A DNA stretch of 64,000 nt from Opitutaceae bacterium (GCA_051252375.1 JBPOFY010000003.1:128001-192000); one strand, 5' to 3'; numbered from the stretch's first letter, positions 9,850 to 23,463 are shown. Notes: generated by a model not told the origin, from the letters alone. Program-made: numbers and translations.

Positions 9850-11688
9850 ATGTCTGAAGAAAAGCCTAAGCTGATAGACTTGGATCAAGTCATTTCGAAG
9901 CCGTGGGGAATTGTGAATCCATTGCTCGAGAGGATCACTTCGATTGACGGTGTGAATCAAATCTATGCGGATGTGCATGCGCAGTTGACTGACAGTGAGT
10001 ATGATCCCTCGTTTTTCATGAAGACCCTGCGGGTGATGGGGGTGCAGTTCGAAGTCGATAGTGAGTCGTTTGAGCGTATCCCGAAAGAAGGACCATTGGT
10101 CATTATTGCCAATCATCCGTTTGGTGGTGTCGACGGAGTCGTGCTTGGCGCATTGATGCAAAGTGTGCGCGCGGATACTAAGTTAATGGGGAACTATTTA
10201 CTGGGTAAAATGGAGGGAATTCGAGGGAACATTATTGAAGTCGATCCCTTTGAAACCGAAGCATCCAAGCGTGCGAATTTGAAGGGCATGTTGACCGCGA
10301 TTAAGCACTTGCGCGGCGGCGGTTGCCTGGGCGCGTTTCCTGCCGGGGAAGTCTCCAGCTTTAAATGGGGACCGCGTGCCGTGGTGGACCCTAAATGGAC
10401 CGATCATATTGTCAGCTTGGCTCAGCGCACGAAAGCACCCGTGTTGCCGATTTACTTTGAAGGTCGGAACAGTTTTCTTTTCCAAGCCATGGGGCTGATA
10501 CATCCACGCTTGCGCACGTTGATGCTGGCTCGGGAGTTTTCTCGTTCGCGTGGCTCACAGATTAAATTACGTGTGGGTAAGTTGATCCAACCAGATCGAC
10601 TGGAACGTTTTGAAACGACCGTAGCGGCCACAGAGTATTTGCGCCTGCAGACTTATTCTTTGCGCACACTGCAACCGCAAGAGAAGCCCCGTCGCAAACT
10701 TCGCCTACCATTTCGGTCAGCTTCTTCGGAGAAGACCATTCAGCCATTAGCGCCAGCGCAGTTGAAACATAACCTGCGTGCGGAAATCGAAGCGCTAACG
10801 GATGAGGGGATTTTGGTGGAGCACGGTGATTTCGTTGTATGCTGTGCGCGGGCGGCTTCGATCCCAAAGTTAATGTTGGAAATTGGGCGCCTGCGAGAAG
10901 AGACCTTTCGTGCAGTTCAAGAGGGCACTGGGCAGGCACGTGATCTGGATGAATTTGATGACTATTACTTACATCTCTTCATGTGGGATAAGGCCAACGA
11001 TGAATTAGTCGGAGCCTATCGAATCGGCTTGGCGGATGAGATTGTTCGTGAACGCGGGAAGCAGGGGCTCTACACTGCAACCTTGTTTCGTTATCGCACC
11101 GGTTTCTTGGATCGCTTGGGTCCCGCCCTTGAACTGGGTCGTTCATTTATATGCTTAAACTATCAACGTAAACACGCTTCACTGGCGCTCATCTGGCGTG
11201 GGATTGGAGAATATGTTGCACGAAATCCTAAGTATAAAACACTTTTTGGACCGGTCAGTATTACTGATGCGTATCATCGAATCTCTAAAGACCTGATGGT
11301 GCACTTTTTTCGAGAGCATAGTTTCGATGATGACCTCGCGCAGCTAGTCAAAGCCCGCAAGCCACCAAAGGCGCCAAAGATGATGCGGGGTATTTCGCTT
11401 AAAAGCATTGGAGAATCGATTGAATCCGTGGACTCGGTTTCCGCGATTATTTCCGGGTTTGAGGACGATGAAAAAGGTATCCCGATTCTACTGAAGCACT
11501 ATCTGAAACTAAACGGTGTGCTCTTAAGCTTTAACGTCGACCCCGCCTTTAGTGATGTGATCGATGGTTTGATACTGGTCGACCTGACCAAAACGGACCC
11601 CAAAGTATTGCAGAGGTATTTCGGTAAAGAAGGTTACGCCAAGTTTGCGGATTTTCATAACACGAAAGAGACACCTCCGGTGGTGTAG
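9850..11688 (+). CDS. PlsC-type acyltransferase + GNAT fusion, OlsF-like aminolipid (ornithine lipid) synthase
   Basis: N-half NHPFGGVDG (HX4D) and FPAGEV; C-half EIGRLREETFR..GEG...DLDEFD, LELGRSF, LFGPVSI, P.LLKHYL. Confidence 0.8.
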   Translation: MSEEKPKLIDLDQVISKPWGIVNPLLERITSIDGVNQIYADVHAQLTDSEYDPSFFMKTLRVMGVQFEVDSESFERIPKEGPLVIIANHPFGGVDGVVLGALMQSVRADTKLMGNYLLGKMEGIRGNIIEVDPFETEASKRANLKGMLTAIKHLRGGGCLGAFPAGEVSSFKWGPRAVVDPKWTDHIVSLAQRTKAPVLPIYFEGRNSFLFQAMGLIHPRLRTLMLAREFSRSRGSQIKLRVGKLIQPDRLERFETTVAATEYLRLQTYSLRTLQPQEKPRRKLRLPFRSASSEKTIQPLAPAQLKHNLRAEIEALTDEGILVEHGDFVVCCARAASIPKLMLEIGRLREETFRAVQEGTGQARDLDEFDDYYLHLFMWDKANDELVGAYRIGLADEIVRERGKQGLYTATLFRYRTGFLDRLGPALELGRSFICLNYQRKHASLALIWRGIGEYVARNPKYKTLFGPVSITDAYHRISKDLMVHFFREHSFDDDLAQLVKARKPPKAPKMMRGISLKSIGESIESVDSVSAIISGFEDDEKGIPILLKHYLKLNGVLLSFNVDPAFSDVIDGLILVDLTKTDPKVLQRYFGKEGYAKFADFHNTKETPPVV

Positions 11689-11696
11689 GCTAAATT

Positions 11697-12488
11697 ATGA
11701 AAATCGCACTTGCACAATTTTCCGTTGAACGCGGATCGGTCGACGCCAACTTAAGAACGATCACTGCCTTCATTAAGGAAGCAGCAGCAGCGGGGGCCAG
11801 TGTTTTGTTTCTACCAGAAATGTGCACGACAGGGTTTGATTGGGCGAAGAACAAGCAACTGCTCGATGGTGCGGCGGAATCGATACGGTCGCTTCAAGCT
11901 ACGGCTCAGGCGGTTGGCATTGCCGTCAGTGGTTCGTTTTTAGAAAAAACGGAATCAGGTAATGCAGCCAACACGCTGTATTATATCGAGAAAGAGGGTT
12001 CAATCGCAGCCAAGTATCGTAAGACTCATTTGTTTACGCTCTTTCGTGAGGATGCGCATGTAGAGGCGGGTGATGGAATTGTAGTCGCAGATACGCAGTG
12101 CGGAAAAATCGGTTGTTCGGTTTGTTATGATCTTCGCTTCCCAGAGCTATTTCGTAAATGTGCTCTGGAGGGTGCAGAGTTGCAGTTTTTGCCTGCGGCT
12201 TTTCCGCATCCGCGTATGGCGCATTGGCAAACTTTGATTCGTGCGCGAGCGATTGAAAATCAATCGTTCTTCGTTGCCGTGAATCAATGCGGTTGCGAAG
12301 GGCACGACGGCGATGTCGGCACTACGCAGTATTTCGGGCATTCCATGGTGGTCGATCCATGGGGTGAAATATTGTTGGAGGCAGACGAGAGTGCTGGGCT
12401 ACACGTGCTTGAGGTCGATTTATCTCAAGTCAGTAAAACGCGTGTAAAACTGACCGCGTTAAAGGACCGGCGTGCTGATCTTTACTGA
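11697..12488 (+). CDS. carbon-nitrogen hydrolase (nitrilase superfamily, Nit/omega-amidase-like)
   Basis: catalytic triad motifs LPEM, YRKTHLF, VCYDLRFPE; ARAIENQ. Confidence 0.9.
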   Translation: MKIALAQFSVERGSVDANLRTITAFIKEAAAAGASVLFLPEMCTTGFDWAKNKQLLDGAAESIRSLQATAQAVGIAVSGSFLEKTESGNAANTLYYIEKEGSIAAKYRKTHLFTLFREDAHVEAGDGIVVADTQCGKIGCSVCYDLRFPELFRKCALEGAELQFLPAAFPHPRMAHWQTLIRARAIENQSFFVAVNQCGCEGHDGDVGTTQYFGHSMVVDPWGEILLEADESAGLHVLEVDLSQVSKTRVKLTALKDRRADLY

Positions 12489-12490
12489 AA

Positions 12491-12598
12491 GGTAGAGGCG
12501 ATGGGGACCATCGCCACACGTTTGAGCCGTTCAACTTAACCAAGGCGAGTTATATTGACTAGTGCACTGCTATGGCGGTCGGGACGACTGCCGCTACC
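12491..12598. repeat. REPIN-like element (two inverted GTAG-REPs), copy 1
   Basis: GGTAG-A-GGCGATG-GGGAC-CATCGCC ... GGCGGTC-GGGAC-GACTGCC-G-CTACC; homologous to 37975-38070. Confidence 0.85.
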
Positions 12599-12622
12599 TT
12601 TCGTGGCTTACGATTGACTCCG

Positions 12623-13285
12623 CTAGCGCTTGCAAACCGTCTTGATGAACTCTGCACGGTCGGCTGCTTTATAGAAAGCAGTGCCGGCTACGAGAGTGTC
12701 GGCGCCGCGTTCGGTGCATTTTCCTGCGGTATTGAGGTCGACGCCACCATCGATCTCGAGGCGGAAGTTCAAACCCATTTCACTGCGCCATTTTGAAATC
12801 GTCTCGATTTTGGGTAGCACGTCTTCGCGAAAGCTTTGACCGCCGAAACCTGGTTGCACAGTCATTAGGAGCACCATGTCGCAGTCCTTTAGGAATGGCT
12901 TTGCATCTTCGGCGGGTGTGTCGGGGTTGAGCACGACGCCGCATTTACAGCCACGGCTTTTGATATAAGCAAGTGTCTCTGCTACGGGGTAGTCGGGCTC
13001 AACGTGGATGGTGATTTGTTCAGAACCCGCGTCTAAGAAGGCGTCGATATACTCGTGCGGATTATCGAGCATGAGGTGCACATCGAAAAACAAATCTGAG
13101 TAGCCACGCAGCGCTTTGACGGTTTGAGGACCAAAGGATAGATTGGGCACGAAATGCCCGTCCATGATGTCGAGATGCACCCACTTGAGGCCTGCAGCGG
13201 CGATTTCTTGGATGCTGGTTTTGAGGTCTGCGTGATCGCCCGCCAGAATGGAGGGGGCAAGGATGATGTCGTGCGTGCTTGGCAT
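12623..13285 (-). CDS. rpe: ribulose-phosphate 3-epimerase
   Basis: LAPSIL, HLDIMDGHFVPNLSFG, DVHLM, MTVQPGFGGQ, IDGGV, VAGTA. Confidence 0.97.
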   Translation of the reverse strand: MPSTHDIILAPSILAGDHADLKTSIQEIAAAGLKWVHLDIMDGHFVPNLSFGPQTVKALRGYSDLFFDVHLMLDNPHEYIDAFLDAGSEQITIHVEPDYPVAETLAYIKSRGCKCGVVLNPDTPAEDAKPFLKDCDMVLLMTVQPGFGGQSFREDVLPKIETISKWRSEMGLNFRLEIDGGVDLNTAGKCTERGADTLVAGTAFYKAADRAEFIKTVCKR

Positions 13286-13313
13286 GTCTGAGTGGTTTGT
13301 AGTCGGTTTAAAT

Positions 13314-13994
13314 TTAGTAAGTATCCAGTATTTCCGGGTAAATTTGACCCGTAGGGCTGATTTTGAAAAGAGTGATTTGCTTGGGTTGTATCCGGCAGTA
13401 GATCGCGTTGCCGAAGACGGCTTTGAGACCGTATTGACTGAGTTGCTCGGGGTTGTTCGCCAGGTCCCAAATGGCTTCCCAGAAGAGATCGCTGTCTTTC
13501 ATTCGCAGTGTTTTTGTGATCGAGTGGTAGCGTTCGGGCGCAGTTCCCGGTATTTCGATTTGCTCACCACTGGCTGGGCTGTTGGCTTCGCCATAAATTC
13601 GTCGCCACAAATACAGGGACCGTCCTTTGCCGTCTTTGACGTATTCATCGGTGAACTTCACGATCAGAGCATCAAAGTGAATGACATCACCTGTAATCGT
13701 AAATAATTGCTCGGAGACGATCTCTTTGGGCTTTCCGGCTGCGGTCTGGACGAAGCGTATGGTGCTTTGCAGCTGCCCAGAGCCGTCGATTTTCTGTGAT
13801 TGTAGGGTGGCGTAGCCGATTTGCTCTTCGGCAGTGAGATTTTTGATGGCTTTGTTGAGCTCGTGGTTCTCGGTCAGCAGAGAGTGGATGCTGGAGCTGG
13901 ATAGGTAGAAAGAAACGCCTAGAATACTCGCTGTAACCAGCGCTGCGAGCGCGACGAGTTTGCCGACAATTTTACCCTCTTTGTTGTGATCCAT
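13314..13994 (-). CDS. hypothetical protein with N-terminal membrane anchor and short coiled coil
   Basis: 226-aa ORF filling the space upstream of rpe; hydrophobic residues 9-31; no recognised family. Confidence 0.8.
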   Translation of the reverse strand: MDHNKEGKIVGKLVALAALVTASILGVSFYLSSSSIHSLLTENHELNKAIKNLTAEEQIGYATLQSQKIDGSGQLQSTIRFVQTAAGKPKEIVSEQLFTITGDVIHFDALIVKFTDEYVKDGKGRSLYLWRRIYGEANSPASGEQIEIPGTAPERYHSITKTLRMKDSDLFWEAIWDLANNPEQLSQYGLKAVFGNAIYCRIQPKQITLFKISPTGQIYPEILDTY

Positions 13995-14073
13995 AGTATT
14001 TCCAACAAAGTGATGGATAAATACTGGAAATACAATTGAGATTCTCCGACAACTGCGAAACCTTTGCTATTAC

Positions 14074-15303
14074 ATGACCGCACCAGCATTTGATGCCGCC
14101 CGAGCACGGGCCGATTTCCCAATTCTCGCCACTGAGGTGCGAGGAAAGCCTTTGACGTATCTGGACAACGCAGCGACTGGCCAAAAGCCGCAGGTTGTGA
14201 TTGATGCGGTCGAGCGCTATTATCGTGCAGAAAACTCGAACATTCACCGCGGGGTTCACTATTTGAGTGAGCAAGCGACGGATGCTTATGAAGCAGCACG
14301 CGCCAAGGTCGCTCAATTTATCGGAATCGCCGATCAGGATGAGATCATTTTCACCCGTGGCACAACTGAGAGCATCAATCTCTTGGCACATGGTTTCATT
14401 GAAACAGTTTTTCAGGCGGGGGATGAGATTCTTATCAGCCACATGGAGCACCATGCCAATATTGTGCCTTGGCAAATTGCTGCCGAGAAGACGGGAGCGA
14501 TTTTAAAGGTGGTGCCTGTTGATGATCACGGGGTCTTGGACATGGCTGCCTTTGAGCAGATGCTGTCGGCTAAGACAAAACTCGTGGCGATCACGCATAT
14601 TTCTAATGCGCTTGGCACTATCAACCCTGTTGAGGAGATCGTTGAGAAGGCGCACGCACTCGATGTGCCGGTGCTAATAGACGGAGCGCAATCGACGCCG
14701 CACATGACCGTCGATGTGGCAGCTCTAGGTTGCGACTTTTTTGTTTTTTCTGGACACAAGGTATTTGGTCCGACTGGTATCGGTGTGCTCTGGGGTAAGC
14801 GCGAATGGTTGGAGCGTTTCCCTCCTTATCAGAGTGGGGGCGACATGATCGAGAAGGTCGATTTTGATGGCACCACTTATAAGGGCATTCCTGGTAAGTT
14901 TGAAGCCGGCACACCACATATTGAAGGAGTGATCGGTCTAGCTGTGGCGATTGATTATTTGATGGGCTTGGATCGCAAAGGCGCATTGCTCCATGAAGCA
15001 GCCTTGTTGAAGGCCGCGACTGAGCAACTGACTGCAATTGACGGGCTTCGTATTATCGGCACATCACCGCACAAGGCTTCAGTGATTTCTTTTTTGATCA
15101 ACGACATACACCCACACGATATCGGCACTTTCCTCGATGCGGATGGTGTGGCGATACGTGCGGGGCATCATTGCACGCAGCCTTTGTTGAAGCGATTCGG
15201 TGTGCCAGCGACGGCCCGCGCATCTTTTGCATTCTATAATGACTTTGAAGATGTGGATCGCTTGGTGAACGCGGTGCAGAAAATGCAAAAGTTCTTTGGT
15301 TGA
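14074..15303 (+). CDS. sufS: cysteine desulfurase, SufS type
   Basis: [45 protein letters not shown]. Confidence 0.95.
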   Translation: MTAPAFDAARARADFPILATEVRGKPLTYLDNAATGQKPQVVIDAVERYYRAENSNIHRGVHYLSEQATDAYEAARAKVAQFIGIADQDEIIFTRGTTESINLLAHGFIETVFQAGDEILISHMEHHANIVPWQIAAEKTGAILKVVPVDDHGVLDMAAFEQMLSAKTKLVAITHISNALGTINPVEEIVEKAHALDVPVLIDGAQSTPHMTVDVAALGCDFFVFSGHKVFGPTGIGVLWGKREWLERFPPYQSGGDMIEKVDFDGTTYKGIPGKFEAGTPHIEGVIGLAVAIDYLMGLDRKGALLHEAALLKAATEQLTAIDGLRIIGTSPHKASVISFLINDIHPHDIGTFLDADGVAIRAGHHCTQPLLKRFGVPATARASFAFYNDFEDVDRLVNAVQKMQKFFG

Positions 15304-15743
15304 TGAGCGACGAACTCCACGATCTCTATCAGAGCATCATTCTCGATCATAATAAACGACCGAGGCATTACGGTGCATTGGAAGCTTCCACGCACACAGC
15401 TGAGGGGTATAATCCGCTTTGCGGCGATAAGATCAACGTCCACCTTATTCTAAAAGATAAGAAGATTGAGAGTATTCAGTTTGAGGCTGCTTGCTGTGCG
15501 ATTTGCAAGGCGTCGGCTTCGATGATGACAGAGGCGCTGCTTGGACAGACGATCGAAAATAGCCAGCACGCGCATGCGCGTGTCAGTGAGTTGCTAAATG
15601 CCGATACGGACACATCTGCTGATATTTCTGAAGAGGGTGAACTCGCCGCGCTGGCGGGAGTCAAAAAGTTTCCAGCTCGGATAAAATGCGCTACCTTGCC
15701 ATGGCATACCTTTGAGTCGGCATTGAAGAACCCCGTCGGGTAA
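15303..15743 (+). CDS. sufU: SufU/NifU-like sulfur acceptor
   Basis: [43 protein letters not shown] overlap with sufS. Confidence 0.9.
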   Translation: MSDELHDLYQSIILDHNKRPRHYGALEASTHTAEGYNPLCGDKINVHLILKDKKIESIQFEAACCAICKASASMMTEALLGQTIENSQHAHARVSELLNADTDTSADISEEGELAALAGVKKFPARIKCATLPWHTFESALKNPVG

Positions 15744-15793
15744 ATGGTCACTTACGCTTGCGCTGAAGCCGGACAACGCGAATAGATAGCTGC

Positions 15794-16594
15794 ATGAAAT
15801 TACTGGATAGAATGGAAAAGCGCTTTGGGCATTTAGCCGTGCCGAACATTGCGCTGTATTTGATTGTCATTCAACTGGTGATATATGCGGCAATTTTGTT
15901 CGGGCGTCTCGATTATTTTGGCCTACAGCTAGTGCCTGCTGCAGTTTTACAAGGGGAATACTGGCGTTTAATCTCATTTATCATTTCACCGCCGTATCTT
16001 GCTGGCACCGTTTGGCAATCGATCTTTTTGGCGTTTTTCTGGTATATATTTTGGATGATGAGCAGCTCTTTGGAGAGTGCTTGGGGCGCATTTCGTTTTA
16101 ATTTATATTTGCTGATGGGAGTGATCTTCTCGGTCACCTGTGCGTTTCTGGGACATGTCATTTCGCCGAATCCAGTGATTCTCGTTACGCCGATGTATTT
16201 ATATCTGAGTGTCTTTTTCGCGTTCGCGACCTTGTTCCCGAATGTTGAATTTTTGATATATTTCGTTCTGCCGGTGAAAGTGAAATGGTTGGCTTGGTTT
16301 GCTGCTGCGGCACTGGCGGTCTCATTTTTGGCTGCGCCTTCGATGGGCTATCGTCTGGCGATCCTCGGACCAGTGCTGAATTATTTGTTCTTCTTCCGTG
16401 ATGCGATGACGCACTCAGTGAAGAGTCGTCAGCGACACGTGAAGTATGAGAAAACCAAGCGGGTGGAAGCTAGCACGGCGCTACACACTTGTAGCCAATG
16501 CGGTGCGAGCGAGCAGACAGACCCCGGACGTGATTTTCGTTATAAGATGGTCGATGGTGACGCGGTTTGTATCTGCAACAAGTGTCGCGAGTAG
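15794..16594 (+). CDS. multi-pass membrane protein (rhomboid-like fold) with C-terminal Cys cluster
   Basis: about 6 TM segments, GEYWRL and LESAWG.FRFNLY motifs; C-terminal CSQC...CICNKC. Confidence 0.75.
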   Translation: MKLLDRMEKRFGHLAVPNIALYLIVIQLVIYAAILFGRLDYFGLQLVPAAVLQGEYWRLISFIISPPYLAGTVWQSIFLAFFWYIFWMMSSSLESAWGAFRFNLYLLMGVIFSVTCAFLGHVISPNPVILVTPMYLYLSVFFAFATLFPNVEFLIYFVLPVKVKWLAWFAAAALAVSFLAAPSMGYRLAILGPVLNYLFFFRDAMTHSVKSRQRHVKYEKTKRVEASTALHTCSQCGASEQTDPGRDFRYKMVDGDAVCICNKCRE

Positions 16595-16605
16595 GGCTAT
16601 ACAAT

Positions 16606-16630
16606 AAAACCCCGATCTTTCGATCGAGGT
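16606..16630 (-). terminator. terminator after lpdA
   Basis: minus strand ACCTCGATC-GAAA-GATCGGGGT-TTT. Confidence 0.65.
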
Positions 16631-16676
16631 CTCATGTTTGTGGCTTCCGCTGTTATGCGAAAGAAAGTTGCCTGAC

Positions 16677-18083
16677 TTAAGCGCTATGGATCGAGTTGCC
16701 GTCTACCGCCATGGCGGCTTCTTTGAGGGCTTCGCTCATTGTCGGGTGCGCATGGATGGTGCGAGCAACGTCTTCTGCACTGCCGCCGTATTCCATGTGT
16801 GTGACTGCTGCAGCGATGAGCTCTGACGCTCCTTTGCCGATGATTTGCACACCGAGAAGTTTGTCGGTGGCTTTATCGGCGATGACTTTAACAAAGCCGT
16901 CAGTTCCGTCGGACGCGATGGCGCGGCCATTACCTGCAAAGTTGAATTTCCCTGATTTGATCGCGATGCCTTGTTCCTTGGCTTGCGCTTCTGTGATGCC
17001 GACACTAGAGATTTCAGGCTCGGTGTAGATGACGTTGGGAATGACGTCGTAGTTGACGTGTCCAGCTTGACCGGCGATGCGCTCGACGCAGGCGACAGCT
17101 TCTTCTTCAGCTTTGTGAGCGAGCATGGGACCAGGGATGACATCACCAATGGCGTAGACGCCATCGGCGGTTGTTTTGTAGTGCGCGTCGACTGGGATGC
17201 GACCCTTGTCGTCTGTAGTGATGCCGACAGTTTCTAGACCTAGACCTTCTGTGTAGGGCTTGCGACCGACTGCAACGAGAACCTTGTCGACTTCGAACTC
17301 AATGGTTTTGTCGCCCTTTTCAGCAGTGAGGATGTGGGTGCCCTTTGACTTCTTAATACCCGTAACCTTTGTTTGCAGGTGAAAGTTCAGACCTTGCTTC
17401 TTAAATAAGCGCTCCGCCATTTTTGAAACATCTTTGTCGAAAGTCGGGGCAATTACTGGAAGGAATTCGATGACGTCCACTTGTGCGCCCAAACGTGCCC
17501 AGACCGATCCGAGCTCGAGGCCAATGGCTCCGGCGCCGACAACGGCGAGCTTTGCTGGCACCTTGTCGAAGGCGATAGCTTGGTCGCTACTGACGACTGT
17601 CTTGCCGTCAAATTTAAGAAAAGGTAGCTCGATAGTCGATGAGCCGGTGGCGAGGATGATGTGCTTACCTTCGATCGCTAGATCCTTGCCGGTTGCTCGG
17701 ATGCGCACTTTAGACTGACCTTCCAAAGAGCCGAGTCCGCTGAAGACCTTGATTTTGTTGACCTTCATCAGATGCTTCACGCCGTTGCGTAACTGGTCGA
17801 CGGTTTTGCTCTTTTTCGCCATCAATTTCTCGATACTGATCGAGAGATTTGTCAGATCGATTCCGTGCTCTGTCGCACCGTGTCCTGCAAAATGATACAT
17901 CTCGGTTGAGTGTAGTAGTGCTTTGCTGGGGATACAGCCGACATTCAAACAAGTGCCGCCGAGGTTGTCCTCCTTCTCGATGATGGCCGTTTTGAGGCCG
18001 AGTTGAGCGCCACGAATCGCAGCTACATAACCGCCGGGGCCGGAGCCGATGACGACGAGATCAAATTGTGTTTCTTCTGACAT
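16677..18083 (-). CDS. lpdA: dihydrolipoamide dehydrogenase (E3)
   Basis: [36 protein letters not shown]. Confidence 0.97.
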   Translation of the reverse strand: MSEETQFDLVVIGSGPGGYVAAIRGAQLGLKTAIIEKEDNLGGTCLNVGCIPSKALLHSTEMYHFAGHGATEHGIDLTNLSISIEKLMAKKSKTVDQLRNGVKHLMKVNKIKVFSGLGSLEGQSKVRIRATGKDLAIEGKHIILATGSSTIELPFLKFDGKTVVSSDQAIAFDKVPAKLAVVGAGAIGLELGSVWARLGAQVDVIEFLPVIAPTFDKDVSKMAERLFKKQGLNFHLQTKVTGIKKSKGTHILTAEKGDKTIEFEVDKVLVAVGRKPYTEGLGLETVGITTDDKGRIPVDAHYKTTADGVYAIGDVIPGPMLAHKAEEEAVACVERIAGQAGHVNYDVIPNVIYTEPEISSVGITEAQAKEQGIAIKSGKFNFAGNGRAIASDGTDGFVKVIADKATDKLLGVQIIGKGASELIAAAVTHMEYGGSAEDVARTIHAHPTMSEALKEAAMAVDGNSIHSA

Positions 18084-18090
18084 TTTTAGA

Positions 18091-18125
18091 AATGGCTAAT
18101 AGCTAATGATTGATGGCTAATGAAT
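18091..18125. repeat. heptamer tandem array (AATGGCT-type) filling the sucB/lpdA spacer
   Basis: AATGGCT AATAGCT AATGATT GATGGCT AATGAAT. Confidence 0.8.
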
Positions 18126-19361
18126 TTAGATGCCAAATAAAAGTCGGCTTGGATCCTCGATGGCTTCCTTAACTTTGACGAGGAAGGTGACGGCTTCTTT
18201 GCCGTCGATCAGGCGATGGTCATAACTGAGTGCGAGATACATCATCGGACGAATGACGATTTCTTTGTTCACGACGACAGCGCGCTCAGTGATGTTGTGC
18301 AGACCGAGGATCGCAGGCTGCGGATAGTTGATGATCGGGGTGCTGAGCATGGAGCCGTAGATGCCACCGTTGGAAATGGTGAAGACGCCGCCTTCGAGAT
18401 CGCTCATTTGGATCTTACCGTCACGCGCGAGTTTGGCGTAGGCGAGAATGTCGTTTTCGATTTCTGCAAAGCCCTTCTTGTCGCAGTCACGTAGGGTAGG
18501 AACCATGAGTCCCTTATCGGTGCCAACAGCGACGCCAATGTCGTAGAAGTGTTGTGTGACGATTTCGTTGCCTTCGATACGAGCATTGACTTGTGGCACA
18601 GCTTGCAGGGCGTGTGTCACGGCCTTGGTGAAGAAAGACATGAAGCCCAGCTTGATGCCGTGGCGCTCGACGAATTTCTCTTGGTGCTGCTTGCGCAATT
18701 CCATGACCGCACTCATGTCGACTTCGTTGAAGGTTGTGAGCATGGCGGCTTCTTGAGTCGCTTGAACGAGGCGTTCTGCAATCTTGCGACGCAGTGGGCT
18801 CATCTTCTTGCGAGTCTCACGCTCTGCGGTGCTGGATGTTGTCTGCGGCTTAGGTGCAGCAGGCGTTGCAGCTACGGGTGCATTGGCGGCTTCTAAAATA
18901 TCGTTCTTGGTGACGCGACCATCTTTGCCAGTTCCCGCGACTGCGCTTGGATTGACACCAGTTTCTTCGGCAGCTTTGCGTGCGGCAGGGGAGAGTGTAG
19001 CGACTGGGTCGACTTTAGCTGCAGCAGGTGTAGCGGTTGCGGCTACTGGAGCGGCGGTTGCTGATTCAGCTGGCTTCTCGCTTCCCGCGGCTGGTGCGCT
19101 TGTTTCGCCGCCAGCTGGAGCGCTAGCAGATTCATCGATCATGGCGACGACTTGGCCGATATCGACTTCTTCATCGGCTGCGACTTTGATCGAGATGACG
19201 CCTGCCACTTCTGCATTGCCCTCGGAGGTGATCTTGTCGGTCTCGAGCTCGTAGAGCGGCTGGTCTTTTGCGACATAGTCGCCGTCTTTCACATGCCAAG
19301 CGGCAAGGATGCCACTGCTAATGGATTCGCCCATTGCGGGAATTTTTACTTCGGTAGCCAT
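18126..19361 (-). CDS. sucB: 2-oxoglutarate dehydrogenase E2 (dihydrolipoamide succinyltransferase)
   Basis: lipoyl ETDKI, E3-binding [10 protein letters not shown], catalytic YDHRLIDG. Confidence 0.96.
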   Translation of the reverse strand: MATEVKIPAMGESISSGILAAWHVKDGDYVAKDQPLYELETDKITSEGNAEVAGVISIKVAADEEVDIGQVVAMIDESASAPAGGETSAPAAGSEKPAESATAAPVAATATPAAAKVDPVATLSPAARKAAEETGVNPSAVAGTGKDGRVTKNDILEAANAPVAATPAAPKPQTTSSTAERETRKKMSPLRRKIAERLVQATQEAAMLTTFNEVDMSAVMELRKQHQEKFVERHGIKLGFMSFFTKAVTHALQAVPQVNARIEGNEIVTQHFYDIGVAVGTDKGLMVPTLRDCDKKGFAEIENDILAYAKLARDGKIQMSDLEGGVFTISNGGIYGSMLSTPIINYPQPAILGLHNITERAVVVNKEIVIRPMMYLALSYDHRLIDGKEAVTFLVKVKEAIEDPSRLLFGI

Positions 19362-19412
19362 TGTTTGAAATTTTGGAATTAAGATTTGGTAATGAAGATG
19401 AAGAGGGCGCGC

Positions 19413-22145
<2,733 letters not shown>

Positions 22146-22303
22146 TTTGGTATGGATTGGCGTATAAGAAGTGGTGGAAGGTGCATACTTTCTATTAGTG
22201 TTACAAATCTAATAGCTAAATTTTTAGGGTTATTCGTAATGCTAATATTAGGAGTTGTAAGTAAGGGCTTGCCGTGGCTGAAGGGCTGATTTGAGTAGGG
22301 GCA

Positions 22304-22516
22304 ATGGAACGACAACAGCTACGTAATGACCTTGAATGCATCGTGCAGAAACGAGAGGTCGCCGAAGGTGAAAGCATGGTGGACATCTTGAAGCGCTTGG
22401 ATGCGGTTGCAAAAGAGCCATCATTACCTAAGAAATTAGAGCACTATTTGTCTAAGAGGAGTTATCTCAAGGCGCTTGAGTGGCTGGATCATCCCGAAAC
22501 CCCACATTATCAATGA
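22304..22516 (+). CDS. small hypothetical protein
   Basis: 70-aa helical ORF with ATG, overlapping (ATGA) the downstream SUI1 gene. Confidence 0.7.
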   Translation: MERQQLRNDLECIVQKREVAEGESMVDILKRLDAVAKEPSLPKKLEHYLSKRSYLKALEWLDHPETPHYQ

Positions 22517-22908
22517 GCCGCCGTGATCGATCAAAAATCGCCACAGATGGCGCGGGTGCTGATTTGGGAAATAACCCATTCGGAGGCTTGAATCTGTCCG
22601 GATTGCCTGAGGCACCTAAGACGGAAGCGTCGGCTCCGCGTGTGGCAAAAAAAACTAAGCCGAAAGGGCGCGTCGAGGTGCGTCGCGAAAAAGCAGGGCG
22701 AGGAGGCAAAACGGTGACCACTTTACGCGAGTTTCCGACACATGTGCCACTCAGTGAATTAGGGGCACTCACTTTTGACCTGAAGAAAAGCTGTGCCTGT
22801 GGTGGCACTTTGAAGGGACGCGTGGTCGAGTTGCAAGGTGATGTGCGTGACCGAGCGTTTGCCGAATTAGAGAAACGCGGGTTTCAGCCTGTGCGCGCAG
22901 GTGGCTAG
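22513..22908 (+). CDS. SUI1/eIF1-like translation initiation factor (YciH family)
   Basis: RREKAGRGGKTVT, LKKSCACGGT, ELQGD motifs; start at MSRRD. Confidence 0.88.
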   Translation: MSRRDRSKIATDGAGADLGNNPFGGLNLSGLPEAPKTEASAPRVAKKTKPKGRVEVRREKAGRGGKTVTTLREFPTHVPLSELGALTFDLKKSCACGGTLKGRVVELQGDVRDRAFAELEKRGFQPVRAGG

Positions 22909-22946
22909 AATGGTGGGGAGAACTCGTATCCCGAATCCCGTCTCTC

Positions 22947-23444
22947 CTAAATAATCGGTTCGCTGAGCGCCGAGTCTTCAGACACCCAAACCACGGTCCA
23001 GCCGGAGGTTTCGTCAACGTAGATGACGGGGGATGCATTCTCAATGGTCGTTTCGATCAGCTCGATTGGCTCCTGTTGTGCGACCTCAAGTGGTCCGCTA
23101 GCACCGGGGCGATTCATGTAAGCGGCAAAGAATAAACCGACCACGAGCATGGCTGCGAGTCCACCGACCCACACGGGAAAGGTTATGGTCTTAGCGGACG
23201 CGGGCCGTTCGTCTATTGCGTCCGAATTGGATTCGAGTTTGTCGGCGAGTGATTGCCACTCTTGATCGATGTCCGGAGTCGGGGGGGCACTTGCCGCGAG
23301 GGCTTCTCGTGTGGCTTCGATTTGTGCGCTATATTGTGCCGCTTCCTTATCGTAGCGCAGCAGAGTTTCTACAGCTTGGACCTCTTCGGCGGAGAGTTCT
23401 CCGTCGAGATAGGCTTCAATCTGTATTTTGTCTGCGGCATTCAT
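22947..23444 (-). CDS. putative transmembrane anti-sigma factor
   Basis: N-terminal AYLDGELS.EE...VE..L anti-sigma domain, single TM helix, short outer domain. Confidence 0.7.
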   Translation of the reverse strand: MNAADKIQIEAYLDGELSAEEVQAVETLLRYDKEAAQYSAQIEATREALAASAPPTPDIDQEWQSLADKLESNSDAIDERPASAKTITFPVWVGGLAAMLVVGLFFAAYMNRPGASGPLEVAQQEPIELIETTIENASPVIYVDETSGWTVVWVSEDSALSEPII

Positions 23445-23463
23445 TTGAAGTAATCTGGCATTA

